A DNA stretch of 54,891 bases, taken from IMG/VR virus record IMGVR_UViG_3300032173_000007, positions 1 to 54,891 of that record; one strand, written 5' to 3'. Of this stretch, positions 1-9,725 are shown piece after piece; the first letter of the stretch is position 1; every line of letters begins with the position of its first letter. A program made the translations under genes and the position numbers. Under the pieces are notes generated by a model. The model saw nothing but the letters and a program-made list of their open reading frames with translations. It did no database searches and was not told the origin of the DNA. The stretch is from a virus. Lineage: Duplodnaviria; Caudoviricetes.

Positions 1-127
1 GGCCGAGGTTCGCCTTTATTTTTTGAGACTATGGTTTTCGGTGGGCCTCTTGATGGGGAGCAAGAAAGATACATGACATGGGAAGAAGCAGAAATTGGTC
101 ATAAACGTATGGTGGAGCGGGTGAGGA
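1..127. repeat. Terminal direct repeat, identical to 54765-54891 (assembly overlap of a circular contig)
   Basis: Exact 127-nt identity between window start and end; 127 is a common assembler k-mer; an ORF continues across the join. Confidence 0.95.
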
Positions 128-133
128 GCTTAA

Positions 134-460
134 ATGAATGATGGCATAATTGCTGTTGACAGTAACTATGGCAAAGAGTTTGGTTTTACCCGGGATAAGT
201 TCACTCGGGACAGTTATCTGTGGAAGTTAGGGGATCGCATAATGGTTTCCTTCATTATATCCCGTCATCCGGGGCAAGGCCACCTTTCTGAACTTTTCGC
301 TGCCATTGAGGAGAAAGGTTTCAGGGTGGCAGTGCCGACTCCATCCGCCCATATGCGGCGGATATTAAAACGTAAGGGGTTCGTCCCACACATGGAAACA
401 GGAGATTTAGGATTGGTGGAGATTTGGGAAAAATCATTAGGGAAATTGAAAAGGAAGTGA
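134..460 (+). CDS. Hypothetical protein, possible GNAT-like fold
   Basis: 108 aa; 'HPGQGHLSELF...RILKRKGF' resembles GNAT motifs A/B; AGGAG upstream. Confidence 0.45.
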   Translation: MNDGIIAVDSNYGKEFGFTRDKFTRDSYLWKLGDRIMVSFIISRHPGQGHLSELFAAIEEKGFRVAVPTPSAHMRRILKRKGFVPHMETGDLGLVEIWEKSLGKLKRK

Positions 461-465
461 AACCG

Positions 466-696
466 ATGGCCAGCATTTTAGCGAAAGAAAAAGCAGCACA
501 GGCATGGTGTCAACCTTCTACTCAACATCTTGAAATGATTCCTGAATTGGCTGAAGTCTTTGCAGAGGTTTTGGATGAAGTATGGTCTAAACCTTGGCTC
601 AAAAATGCCACAACACGGGAACTTCTGGATGAACTGGAGGCACGCATCAAGTTAGATGACAACTTAGAAAACAAGAATACCTGGAGTGAAATTTGA
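466..696 (+). CDS. Hypothetical protein
   Basis: Probable start MASILAKEKAAQAWC after AAGGA; part of a tightly packed + strand operon. Confidence 0.55.
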   Translation: MASILAKEKAAQAWCQPSTQHLEMIPELAEVFAEVLDEVWSKPWLKNATTRELLDELEARIKLDDNLENKNTWSEI

Positions 697-1243
697 ACAT
701 CAAGGAGAACAAATCATGTGCAGCGAATGCAAAAATAATAGGCAAATAGTTAATGAAATAAGATGTGGAACTTGTAGATCATTTAGAGCGCGTGGAACAA
801 TGCGTGCAACATGTTCTTATCCTGCTGGCTCATGGGGATTCTGTGTTCGATTCCCCCCTTCAGGCCGACACACTCGCGAGACTTGGATATCAGAACATGG
901 TTATTGTGATGAATGGCAAGAAGGGCAGCATAGAAACAAAAGAGAGGTAAAAATGTTTGAATCTAAGTATCTTGAGGGTTCCTTAGAAGGAGCAAAGGCA
1001 GTAAGTCGCCATATTTGGCAAATGCTGGAGGAAAGGGGGCTTACCTATGGTCAAAAAGCACCAACATCAATGGGTGAGGTTTCCCCACACCACGTATTGT
1101 TATATCTGCAAAAAGTCCTGGACAAATATCAGGTTACGGCGATGGTTGGGGAAAGCGGCAGTAATAGGACTTCTGTGCCCTGCATTGGTCCTGGTCGCTT
1201 TAACACCAATAGCGAATCCCCAGAGGGAACACCTGCTGGATAG
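686..1243 (+). CDS. Hypothetical protein with Cys-rich N-terminus; possible second start at 953
   Basis: CxxC motifs; internal GAGG-ATG at 953. Confidence 0.45.
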   Translation: MKFEHQGEQIMCSECKNNRQIVNEIRCGTCRSFRARGTMRATCSYPAGSWGFCVRFPPSGRHTRETWISEHGYCDEWQEGQHRNKREVKMFESKYLEGSLEGAKAVSRHIWQMLEERGLTYGQKAPTSMGEVSPHHVLLYLQKVLDKYQVTAMVGESGSNRTSVPCIGPGRFNTNSESPEGTPAG

Positions 1244-1622
1244 AATGATGATAGCGGCATCCGCCTATGTTTCGATTCCCTTTGCTAAAGAATACTCAAT
1301 CTGGATTATTGATGCTGCTCAAAAGTGGGGGATTAACCCCTGTCTCCTGATGGCTCTGTATATCACCGAAAGTGAGCTCAATCACCGAGCGGTGGGGCCG
1401 GTGGGAAGGGACGGGCATAGATATAAAGGAATTGCCCAGGTGCCGGAGATGATGCCCGCCAGAGACAGCATTGAGAAGGGGGCACGGATTCTCCGTGAAA
1501 AGATGAGAGAGAGCAGAACAGAGGCAGAGGCGGTCTCTAAATACAAAGGTTATTGCGGGAAGATAAATTGGAAGGTAAAGGAAGTATTGAATTTAAGGAA
1601 AAGGTTGGAAGAGAGGATTTAA
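1047..1622 (+). CDS. Lytic transglycosylase (SLT family) with N-terminal hydrophobic segment; true start may be downstream
   Basis: 'INPCLLMALYITES...KGIAQV...GARIL...AVSKY' matches the SLT ES, GLMQ-like and AxxxY motifs. Confidence 0.75.
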   Translation: MVKKHQHQWVRFPHTTYCYICKKSWTNIRLRRWLGKAAVIGLLCPALVLVALTPIANPQREHLLDRMMIAASAYVSIPFAKEYSIWIIDAAQKWGINPCLLMALYITESELNHRAVGPVGRDGHRYKGIAQVPEMMPARDSIEKGARILREKMRESRTEAEAVSKYKGYCGKINWKVKEVLNLRKRLEERI

Positions 1623-2980
1623 TGGGAGAAATGAGAAATATCATTCTCCAAGGCCATATTTTGGAGGAACTGGCAAAGATATCAGATGAGTCAATCCATT
1701 GTTGCGTTACCTCCCCGCCATACTTTGGTTTGAGGGATTACGGGTTGGAGCCGCAAATATGGGATGAGGGGGATGGATGCGGACATGAATGGGAAGATTG
1801 CCGAATTGTATCAAATTCTGGTGGTGGATGGAATAATCCCGAAACACGGGGTAATTATCCGACAATGCGCCTGAAAAATCCCGAAAAAGAAAATAAATCA
1901 ATGGTGAGCCAAGGTTCTTTCTGTAAACTTTGCGGGGCTTGGCGTGGCTCCTTGGGCCTTGAACCGACACCTGAGCTCTATGTCAAACACATGGTGGAGA
2001 TATTCCGAGAGGTGCGAAGGGCGCTGAGGAAGGACGGCACGTTGTGGCTGAACCTTGGCTCATGCTATGCAGGAAGTGGAAGTCCCGGGGGGGATTTTCG
2101 CAATGGCAAAGGTGGAGATACTTACTTGCGTCCATATAATAGAATGCCTTCTGGTTTTAAGCCGAAAGACCTTATCCCCATTCCTTGGATGGTTGCGATG
2201 GCGCTTCAAGCCAATGGTTGGTATCTCCGCTCTGATATAATTTGGTCGAAGCCTAATCCGATGCCCGAGAGTGTAACAGACAGGCCCACAACGAGTCATG
2301 AGTATATTTTCTTACTGGCAAAAAGCAGACATTACTATTATGATCAGGAGGCGGTGAGGAAACCTAACACTTCGGCGACAGTTGAACGGGCGGAATATCA
2401 TTGGTGTAACCCAGGCACAAAAGCATCTACGTATCAGGAATTGAAAGGCATCAACAGGGATGAACCATATCCCATAAATCCTGCGGGCCGCAATCTCCGT
2501 TCCGTCTGGACTTTCGCCACACAAAATTTTCCCGAGGCCCACTTTGCCACCTTTCCGGAGGAATTGGCCCGCCGTTGCATTTTGGCAGGAACTTCAGCCA
2601 AGGGATGCTGCCCGAAATGCGGGGCGGGGTGGAAGAGGATCGTAGAAAAACAAAATCCGGGGCATACAGGTAAAACCGAATCCATATATCCCGAAGAGAC
2701 AAAGGCGAAGCGCCTTGCCCTATTACGACAAGCCGCGCGGGAAAATGGAGAAGAATATGTTAATCGGTCCACCACTCTTGGCTTTTTCCCCTCCTGCTCT
2801 TGTAATGTTGGCCCTCCTATCCCTTGCATAGTCCTCGATCCTTTCCTTGGCAGTGGAACCACCGCCAAAGTTGCCCGTGATCTCTGCCGCGACTATATCG
2901 GGATTGAACTAAAGAAAGAGTATATTGAAATAGCCGAGCGACGGATTGCCACGGCAAGGCCACAGATGGAGATTTTATAA
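1622..2980 (+). CDS. Amino DNA methyltransferase (m4C/m6A, beta class) with Cys-rich inserts
   Basis: TSPPY motif IV N-terminal, HFATFP, DPFLGSGT motif I C-terminal; inserts CGH/CKLC/CPKC/CSC. Confidence 0.9.
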   Translation: MGEMRNIILQGHILEELAKISDESIHCCVTSPPYFGLRDYGLEPQIWDEGDGCGHEWEDCRIVSNSGGGWNNPETRGNYPTMRLKNPEKENKSMVSQGSFCKLCGAWRGSLGLEPTPELYVKHMVEIFREVRRALRKDGTLWLNLGSCYAGSGSPGGDFRNGKGGDTYLRPYNRMPSGFKPKDLIPIPWMVAMALQANGWYLRSDIIWSKPNPMPESVTDRPTTSHEYIFLLAKSRHYYYDQEAVRKPNTSATVERAEYHWCNPGTKASTYQELKGINRDEPYPINPAGRNLRSVWTFATQNFPEAHFATFPEELARRCILAGTSAKGCCPKCGAGWKRIVEKQNPGHTGKTESIYPEETKAKRLALLRQAARENGEEYVNRSTTLGFFPSCSCNVGPPIPCIVLDPFLGSGTTAKVARDLCRDYIGIELKKEYIEIAERRIATARPQMEIL

Positions 2981-3101
2981 AGGAGACAAGAGATGAAATG
3001 GGATAGAATCGCAAAAGGGCACTATTATAGTCCAATTGTATTCCTAACCCTGCGGGCGGCTAAGGAAGCAGCTGAAAGAAAATCTCAATGGAGCCCTTTT
3101 A

Positions 3102-3494
3102 ATGTCTAAGGGACTCTCTCCTACTCAACGCACCCTCCGGGCCCTCCGAGAACGTGGCCTCGTCTGTGCTATCGTTGAGCGATGGAATCCTTTCGGCGGC
3201 CCTATGCGTCCCGATGGATCCGGCAGGGTCGGCAGGCGCAACGACCTATTCGGCATCTTGGATATTATCGCCTTGGACCCCGAGCGTGGCGTGGTAGGCA
3301 TTCAGTCCTGCGGCGGCAATTTTGCCGCTCATCTGCGGAAGATGCAAGAAGAGATGGCGCAGGAAGTTAGCGATTGGCTGAGGACGCCGGGAACAGTATT
3401 GGAACTCTGGGCTTGGCGAAAAATTAAGAAAGCAAGGGGCGGCAAGGCCATGATTTGGGAACCAAGAATCTATTTGTTCCCAAAAACGACTTGA
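3102..3494 (+). CDS. PD-(D/E)XK-like nuclease or resolvase
   Basis: 'DLFGILDIIAL...GIQS' pattern typical of small phage VRR-NUC-like nucleases. Confidence 0.6.
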   Translation: MSKGLSPTQRTLRALRERGLVCAIVERWNPFGGPMRPDGSGRVGRRNDLFGILDIIALDPERGVVGIQSCGGNFAAHLRKMQEEMAQEVSDWLRTPGTVLELWAWRKIKKARGGKAMIWEPRIYLFPKTT

Positions 3495-3810
3495 GTTGGT
3501 TTGATCCAATAAGGAGGCGTGAAATGAGTATTGTTTCTGAACTCCTCCGGGAGATGACAAGTATGTCAGGATATCAGTGTCTGGATTGTGGTCAGTGGGT
3601 TTACCCCGGCGTTACTCATTTTTGTCCACAGCCACCTGTTCGATATGAATATGTAAAAAGTATTGATGAGCAGTTACTATCTGTGTTGGAACGAATTGCG
3701 AAGGCGTTGGAGTTACTGTGCGAAAAGAGGTAAGTATCTAAGGCTGGCGGCGTCTTGTCAGGTCTCTCAGAGCGCGCCGCCTGACAAGAAACGGTCGTAA
3801 GGAGGATATT

Positions 3811-4026
3811 ATGAACGACAATCAGCGAATGACTGATCCGCCAGCCTTTATACCTAAAGCGATCTTGCATAATTCTCTCTCCATTCCCTGTCCCGTCTGT
3901 GGACTTCCTAATTATGTGAATGCCCAAGAAGTTATTGTTGAGACGGAAGACTTCAAAAGCTATCGATGTTATTGTTATGCATGTCGCTTAATCTTTGTGC
4001 ATGAGGACTATTCTAAGATTAGTTAA
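3811..4026 (+). CDS. Small zinc-ribbon protein
   Basis: CPVC...CYAC; AGGAGG Shine-Dalgarno. Confidence 0.6.
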   Translation: MNDNQRMTDPPAFIPKAILHNSLSIPCPVCGLPNYVNAQEVIVETEDFKSYRCYCYACRLIFVHEDYSKIS

Positions 4027-4038
4027 GGAGTTGAAAAG

Positions 4039-4812
4039 ATGCCCAAGATTAAATTGATACAAGGTGATTGCTTGGAGAAAATGAAAGATATACCTGATAA
4101 GAGTATTGATATGATTCTTTGTGACTTGCCTTATGGAACAACTGCTTGTAAGTGGGATACGATTATACCTTTTGAACCACTATGGGAGCAGTATAAGAGA
4201 ATAATAAAAGACAATGGTGCGATAGTTTTAACAGCTTCACAACCTTTTACCAGTGCTTTGGTGATGAGTAATATCAAGATGTTTAAGTATGAGTGGATAT
4301 GGTTTAAGAACGTTCCGACTGGTATGACACAATCAAGATATTCTCCAATGAAATATCACGAAAGCATATTAGTTTTTTCAAAAAGTCCGATAAAGATATT
4401 TAACAAAATATTTGAAGAAAGGGTTGGAAAGGGAAAAGATTGTTATAATTACGAACATTATTGTGGTGAAAATAATCACGTTAAAATGAAAAAAGTAAAA
4501 GCATTTTATAATGCAAAATTAGTCAATCCAAGTTCTGTTTTACTTTTTAATGTTGCACCAAATAGAAAAGGCAAACTCCACCCCACCCAAAAGCCAGTAG
4601 CCCTGTTTGAATACCTTATCAAAACTTACACCAACGAGGGTGATACTGTTTTAGACAACTGCATGGGCTCAGGAACTGTGGGTGTCGCCTGTAAAAATCT
4701 AAACCGAAACTTTATCGGAATAGAGTTAGAGCCAAAGTATTTCAAAATTGCAGAGAAACGAATAAATGAAAATCTATCTGAAACTACATCTGTCGAATCT
4801 AATGGAATTTAA
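4039..4812 (+). CDS. DNA methyltransferase (N6/N4, beta class)
   Basis: DLPYG, HPTQKP and DNCMGSGT motifs; visibly AT-rich relative to the flanks. Confidence 0.92.
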   Translation: MPKIKLIQGDCLEKMKDIPDKSIDMILCDLPYGTTACKWDTIIPFEPLWEQYKRIIKDNGAIVLTASQPFTSALVMSNIKMFKYEWIWFKNVPTGMTQSRYSPMKYHESILVFSKSPIKIFNKIFEERVGKGKDCYNYEHYCGENNHVKMKKVKAFYNAKLVNPSSVLLFNVAPNRKGKLHPTQKPVALFEYLIKTYTNEGDTVLDNCMGSGTVGVACKNLNRNFIGIELEPKYFKIAEKRINENLSETTSVESNGI

Positions 4813-5245
4813 AAAGGAGGTGATGTGTAGTGTATTGGAATAAAGGCGGTGTCCCGACCATTCCAATTGTGTAGCACCCTAGGGATGCGTGTAGGGGAAA
4901 ACAAGCATTAGCAAAGGAGAAATTGAAAATGTATAATGATTATATTTGCCCAGATTGTGTAAGGTGTGATGTTGAGCATGATTTTTGCACAATTGGCAGA
5001 ATGAGGTATCCCACAGACGGATGTTTTGATTTTGTGCCGAGAAATGAGCCAGACGGAAATAATGCCTTAACCAAGGAATTAAAAGCAATTAAGGAGGGAA
5101 ATTAAATGGAAGAGACTATCTGGCGGTTTATCCTACTTTCCTTGCTCACTGGCATTGTGAGCGGCCTGATTGCGGCGGTGGGAATACTGGCGCTTACAAT
5201 GGAGAAACCCAGAAGAAGACGGGGGAAGGTCAAAAGGGAGATGCT

Positions 5246-5641
5246 ATGATTAAGATTAGTGATAAGCAAATGCTGACTGAGTCGATGGAGAGAATCGACT
5301 TACTCCAAAGGCATATTGAGGCGGTTGAAAGCGCTACGTCTTACCTGAGTCGTCTTAGACAAACCGTGCCTGTGGGGGTCGATTCTTTGCGCCAAGCATT
5401 GATCGAAGAGGAACTTAAAGAGTGGCGTAATCTATTCTTGTGGGGATTGGTAGTTGACCAAGATACCAGAGATCGAGTCAAGGCAGCAGCACATGATCGT
5501 TTCTTAAGGGATGAAATTGATGTAGGGCATTGGTTGAATCGTGGTAACAGCCCTGGTTCTTGGCTTGTTGCCGATGAAGAAAAGTTTCGGGCTATGGCAA
5601 GAAAGAAATTTGCGCCAATCGATAAAGGAAAGGGGAAATGA
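5246..5641 (+). CDS. Hypothetical protein
   Basis: 131-aa ORF with GGAG upstream. Confidence 0.55.
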   Translation: MIKISDKQMLTESMERIDLLQRHIEAVESATSYLSRLRQTVPVGVDSLRQALIEEELKEWRNLFLWGLVVDQDTRDRVKAAAHDRFLRDEIDVGHWLNRGNSPGSWLVADEEKFRAMARKKFAPIDKGKGK

Positions 5642-5647
5642 GAAATA

Positions 5648-5863
5648 ATGGATGATAATTTAACAATTGGTGTAGGGTGTTCAAGGTGTGGTTCCACTTT
5701 ACCAAACGCTCATTATCCTTATTGCCCAGAATTACAGTCAAAAAGTCAAGGGCCTTATGGTTGGATATGCCCGCTATGCGGGCGTAGTAACTCGCCCTTT
5801 TTGATGGTATGCCCATGTTATCAGCCGAAGTCATACGGGGTCCCCACAACTACCGGAGGATAA
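5648..5863 (+). CDS. Small Cys-rich zinc-finger protein
   Basis: CSRC and GWICPLCGRSNSP...CPC motifs. Confidence 0.6.
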   Translation: MDDNLTIGVGCSRCGSTLPNAHYPYCPELQSKSQGPYGWICPLCGRSNSPFLMVCPCYQPKSYGVPTTTGG

Positions 5864-6125
5864 AATGAAAAGTTCTACGCTTTGGTTTATTGTTGGTGCA
5901 TCATGGTTTTTAAGCGTTGCTATAAGGATGCTAACAAAACAATGGAGCACGGTGCTAACAGATCTTATGATAGCAATAATATTGTTTTGGATTGCTTAGC
6001 ATGAATGCTAATCTTGCCCCTATCTGTGGTATCTTTCGTGGTATGCTTTGGGGATTGGCCTTGTGGGTGGTGATTGCGTTCGTGGTCGTAATGCTATTAT
6101 GTAGATGAAAGGGAAACGATAGCAG

Positions 6126-6521
6126 TTAGGCTTTCTTAATTTCCAACCTGAACTCATTCACATTTCGTGTCCGTTCCAAAAATTCCGAGAATGCCTTCCC
6201 GCTTGCCAGAACAGCCACCTTGCCTTCCAGTGATTCATATTGTTCCCCCAAGATTATGCATCCGTGGCTGTCTTCCATGATGTTTCCCTTGTGGAAAAGA
6301 ATCGCTGTCCGCCCCGGCACATTGGTAACTTCAAAGGTGTCCCCAAATTTGGGGGAGTTGACCCGCCTGCAAATATATTGCCCAGTCGGGATGCAGCTCT
6401 CGCCTCTCTTGTTGTCAAGCCACGGCCTTTCTACTGTCAGACAAAACGGGGTCCCCTCGTCCAGAAGGACGCCAAATGTCCCGTCTTTGTGCTGAGGCAA
6501 ACGAATCAAAGTTAGGTTCAT
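6126..6521 (-). CDS. DUF5675-like protein, candidate cell-wall hydrolase
   Basis: 'TFGVL...TVERPW...SCIPTGQY...VPGRTAILFHKGN...SHGCIILG'; last gene of the late operon. Confidence 0.8.
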   Translation of the reverse strand: MNLTLIRLPQHKDGTFGVLLDEGTPFCLTVERPWLDNKRGESCIPTGQYICRRVNSPKFGDTFEVTNVPGRTAILFHKGNIMEDSHGCIILGEQYESLEGKVAVLASGKAFSEFLERTRNVNEFRLEIKKA

Positions 6522-6895
6522 GCTGTTCTCTCCTGTTTATATGCAATGATTCCCTTCAAATGCCAGGGATATTCAGCATTCCGATCATAGTTATCAGGTA
6601 GCCAGAAGCAGCAAAGGCAGCGGGTCATTTCGCTTGACCGGTATAGAAAGACCGTGGCATAGATATATGTCCCTTTCGCTGGCTCAATCCACATCTCCCG
6701 GAAGATAATCAAGTCATAGACCTCAAACTCTGCTTCTGCCTCCTCCCGCCATTCCGAATTAACATAGTTCTCCACCATATCCCGCATCCGATCTGTCCGA
6801 GGACGGTCGGAGGCAAGGGAGAATGAGCAAAGGAGGAGGATTGCCAGAAAAACGGTCAGAGTTGCCCCTAAAATGCTCGATCGTCTCTTGAGCAT
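6518..6895 (-). CDS. Secreted hypothetical protein
   Basis: Sec-type signal peptide ending SLA. Confidence 0.55.
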   Translation of the reverse strand: MLKRRSSILGATLTVFLAILLLCSFSLASDRPRTDRMRDMVENYVNSEWREEAEAEFEVYDLIIFREMWIEPAKGTYIYATVFLYRSSEMTRCLCCFWLPDNYDRNAEYPWHLKGIIAYKQERTA

Positions 6896-6899
6896 ACTC

Positions 6900-7109
6900 T
6901 TACCTATCCCTTCCCCAGAATGGAATCAGATGTTGGCAGCAATGCGGGCAGATTTCATCCTCCACACTCACCGGTTGCCGGCAATTCGGGCAGAGAACAT
7001 CGGCCCGGCGGGGAGGCAGATAACTCCACCCGCACTCGCATACTTTCACTGAGACAGGATTATTCTTCCCACATTTCCCGCATTTGTAAATCCAACCATT
7101 GACTTCCAT
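6900..7109 (-). CDS. Double zinc-ribbon protein
   Basis: CGKC, CEC, CPNC and CPHC motifs. Confidence 0.55.
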   Translation of the reverse strand: MEVNGWIYKCGKCGKNNPVSVKVCECGWSYLPPRRADVLCPNCRQPVSVEDEICPHCCQHLIPFWGRDR

Positions 7110-7232
7110 AGCAACCTATCCGCAATCTGACCATCCACATGATCGGCAATAACAACATCCTCCTTCATAGACCAAGGAAGAACTACCACAGTCCGGGCAA
7201 CAGCCATGCCAAGCCATAGGAATTCCTTTCTA

Positions 7233-7490
7233 TCAATCCTCGTCCGCATACTTCTTGGTGGCCGCCACCGCCATCTCAATGGCCAGATTGATCAAATTGG
7301 CTCCAGCCTGAATACCCTTGGCTTGCGCCTCCTTGGCAATCTGCTCAAAAGCTTTTTTCCTCTTCTCTTCGTCTGTTATCGAAGCCGGATCCTCCTTGAC
7401 TTTCATCACAGCATCTTTAGCCAGATCAATTAAGACCGGCAGAATGCTGGAGAAGAGGAGCCGCAAAATCAACTTAATAATCCAGTTCAT
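7233..7490 (-). CDS. Putative holin
   Basis: N-terminal TM segment, then 'EEKRKKA...NLAIEMAV' reminiscent of LL-H-type holins; GGAGG SD; lysis-region position. Confidence 0.5.
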   Translation of the reverse strand: MNWIIKLILRLLFSSILPVLIDLAKDAVMKVKEDPASITDEEKRKKAFEQIAKEAQAKGIQAGANLINLAIEMAVAATKKYADED

Positions 7491-7494
7491 GTTC

Positions 7495-7764
7495 TCACCT
7501 CCTCTCCTGTCTCCGTTCTCTCCCATCCCACCTTTGACCGTTCACTTTCTCGTTAACCTTATCTGGCAATTCCCTGATGCTCTTCTCTAACCGGTCAAGA
7601 TTGGTCTTAAGGTCATCGAACCGTCTTTCAAATTGGGCAAAGGTCTCCTTGTCCAGCTTCTCCCTTTCGACACGGGTAACTCTCCGATCAAGTCCCACTG
7701 CCGCTAAGATTGCGCCTACAAGACCACTCAGCCCGCCGGTTGCTACTGTCTCTATATCAGCCAT
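7495..7764 (-). CDS. Membrane-anchored coiled-coil protein in the lysis region
   Basis: MADIETVATGGLSGLVGAILAAVG TM segment followed by coiled coil. Confidence 0.55.
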   Translation of the reverse strand: MADIETVATGGLSGLVGAILAAVGLDRRVTRVEREKLDKETFAQFERRFDDLKTNLDRLEKSIRELPDKVNEKVNGQRWDGRERRQERR

Positions 7765-7930
7765 GATGACTATTCTCCCGTGCTTTGCTTCTCTTCCTGC
7801 TTCTGGGCCTCCGCCTTCTGGGCTTCCACTTTGAGGCTTTCTATCTGCTGTTGAAGGAAGAAGGCTTCCAATTCCTTCCGGCCTAACCACTTAATGAGAA
7901 GGTCAAGGTCAATGTTCAGTTGCTGTCCGT

Positions 7931-8221
7931 TCATAGTGGCTCCTTTGTAGATTCAATTACGGGCGGATTCAGGACAAGGGCTTCCATTTTAGTTTCCAAG
8001 TCCTTTTCATCTATTGCGGACTGAATGGCTTCCGTGATGACAGGCACTTGGGCCGCCCCATAGTGCACTTTGTTGATGCCTAAAACCGTATCCCCGCTCG
8101 GCGTTGCAATGATTTCCTCATACTCGATGTCTGCATTGGCTTCCGGGGACAGTTCCATAATGACTCGCTTGATCTTGCCCTTGCCCGGTATCCCTATGCT
8201 CAGTTTCTGAAGGTCAAACAT
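7931..8221 (-). CDS. Hypothetical protein, possible fibre chaperone
   Basis: Directly downstream of a fibre gene; AAGGAG SD. Confidence 0.5.
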   Translation of the reverse strand: MFDLQKLSIGIPGKGKIKRVIMELSPEANADIEYEEIIATPSGDTVLGINKVHYGAAQVPVITEAIQSAIDEKDLETKMEALVLNPPVIESTKEPL

Positions 8222-8233
8222 TTTCTCTCCTTT

Positions 8234-9715
8234 CTATGCGACTTTTCGGTAGCGCAATGTGGAACCGGCTTTTATAGTGATGGTGCCGGTAGTCTCGGCG
8301 GCGAAGCGCAAGACCCAGGTGCCTGCGCTCGCTCCTGTCTTCAGGATGCCATGTAGAATCCCGAAATTGTAAGTAGTAAAGGGGCTTGCGGAAGTCGTGG
8401 TAACTACATCATTGGCATTATATGATGAACTATCCGGCGTCCCGGCCGCTGCATCGCTTACGAAGAAACCAGCATTTATGGCCGGGCTATTCGTTGCCGA
8501 GGCGCTCACCTGGATGCCAACTGAGGTAGCGGAAGAGTTCCACAGTAAGAAAACTTCAATGATATAAGTCGAATTGGCGTCGGCGTTGAAGGTTAAGCCA
8601 GTAGCGTCGGCCAAGGTTGTGGTAGAATTGGCAGTATCCGCTGACTTGACAACAATAATTTCACTTTCTCCGCCCCCAACTGGCGTTTCTCCCACAATGC
8701 TTGTCCCGGATCGCTTGAGATATTGGCCATCTGCCACCGCTCCCAGGGTCAAATTGGTTGGGCCTCCGGTTTCCCTTAACCCCCGCACATCCGGGCTGGT
8801 CGGAGTATTGCCAAGCTGCCCGCCGATTTGCACATGTCCGGAATGGGGGGCGGAGGCTGCCAGATGAGTATCAATTGTTGCATGAGTATTGGTGCCGATG
8901 TCGGTAAGAGAGGTATGGGACTTGGTGGTGATGTCGGCAATGTTGGAGGTTGTCTTGTCAATCTGCGCCCAGGTGCCGATGGTGCCGGAGTGCTTGGCCG
9001 ATCCGTGGGTCTGGGCCGGAGCGTTGCCAGAGGCATCAAAGCCATGCACACTGGCGGTCAGGGCAGCATGAGTGGAGATTGCACTGTCTCTGGCTCCCTT
9101 GGTATCTATATCACCCGATGCACTGGGATCAGCTACTGCGGCCCTTGCCGAAGCATCCCGAATTATAATCCGGTTTGCAGTAGCGGTCGAAACGGCACTA
9201 TGGGCCGTGGTTAGATTGGCATGAGTGTCCACTTTTGCCTGACTGCCAGAAGCACTTTCCACCGTGCTGGCCCCCACTCCGTGGACGCCGGTGGTAAGAG
9301 TGGCGTGGGAATCAACTTTGCTCTGGGAGCCCGAAGTGCTTTCAACACTGCTTCCGCCTACCCCGTGAATGCCGGTAGTCAAGGAGGCATGGGCAGGAAC
9401 CGGATCGGTGGGTGTTCCGTGCGTATGGTCTCCACGGGAATAAGTAGTGGCGGATCCGGCTGCCGAACTTTGGCCGAAACTGGTCTCAGCCGTAACTGTA
9501 TCTGATGGTGTTCCACCGCCCCCTCCTGAAGGCACTTGCCAGGTTTGATCACCACGCAGATATTTGGTATTATCTGCTCCCTCCCCACCCAGATTCACGG
9601 TGGGAACTTTAGCATTGGCATCCAAAGGAGCATAGCCGTTGGCCTGCGCCTTATTCACCAACTGCTCAAAAATTGTCAAGTAATGAAGCTTGTTTCCAAT
9701 CGTGCCATCGCTCAT
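8234..9715 (-). CDS. Tail fibre or spike-like protein with His-containing repeats
   Basis: Gly/Ser/Thr-rich; 'YLRGDQTW', 'YSRGDHTH', repeated 'HAxLTTGxHGVG'; beta-rich C-terminus. Confidence 0.75.
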   Translation of the reverse strand: MSDGTIGNKLHYLTIFEQLVNKAQANGYAPLDANAKVPTVNLGGEGADNTKYLRGDQTWQVPSGGGGGTPSDTVTAETSFGQSSAAGSATTYSRGDHTHGTPTDPVPAHASLTTGIHGVGGSSVESTSGSQSKVDSHATLTTGVHGVGASTVESASGSQAKVDTHANLTTAHSAVSTATANRIIIRDASARAAVADPSASGDIDTKGARDSAISTHAALTASVHGFDASGNAPAQTHGSAKHSGTIGTWAQIDKTTSNIADITTKSHTSLTDIGTNTHATIDTHLAASAPHSGHVQIGGQLGNTPTSPDVRGLRETGGPTNLTLGAVADGQYLKRSGTSIVGETPVGGGESEIIVVKSADTANSTTTLADATGLTFNADANSTYIIEVFLLWNSSATSVGIQVSASATNSPAINAGFFVSDAAAGTPDSSSYNANDVVTTTSASPFTTYNFGILHGILKTGASAGTWVLRFAAETTGTITIKAGSTLRYRKVA

Positions 9716-9725
9716 GTTTTATCCT

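Noticed and set aside
1-127. Biological terminal repeat of the virion DNA
   Set aside because: Length equals a common assembler k-mer and it falls mid-gene, so it is best read as an assembly overlap
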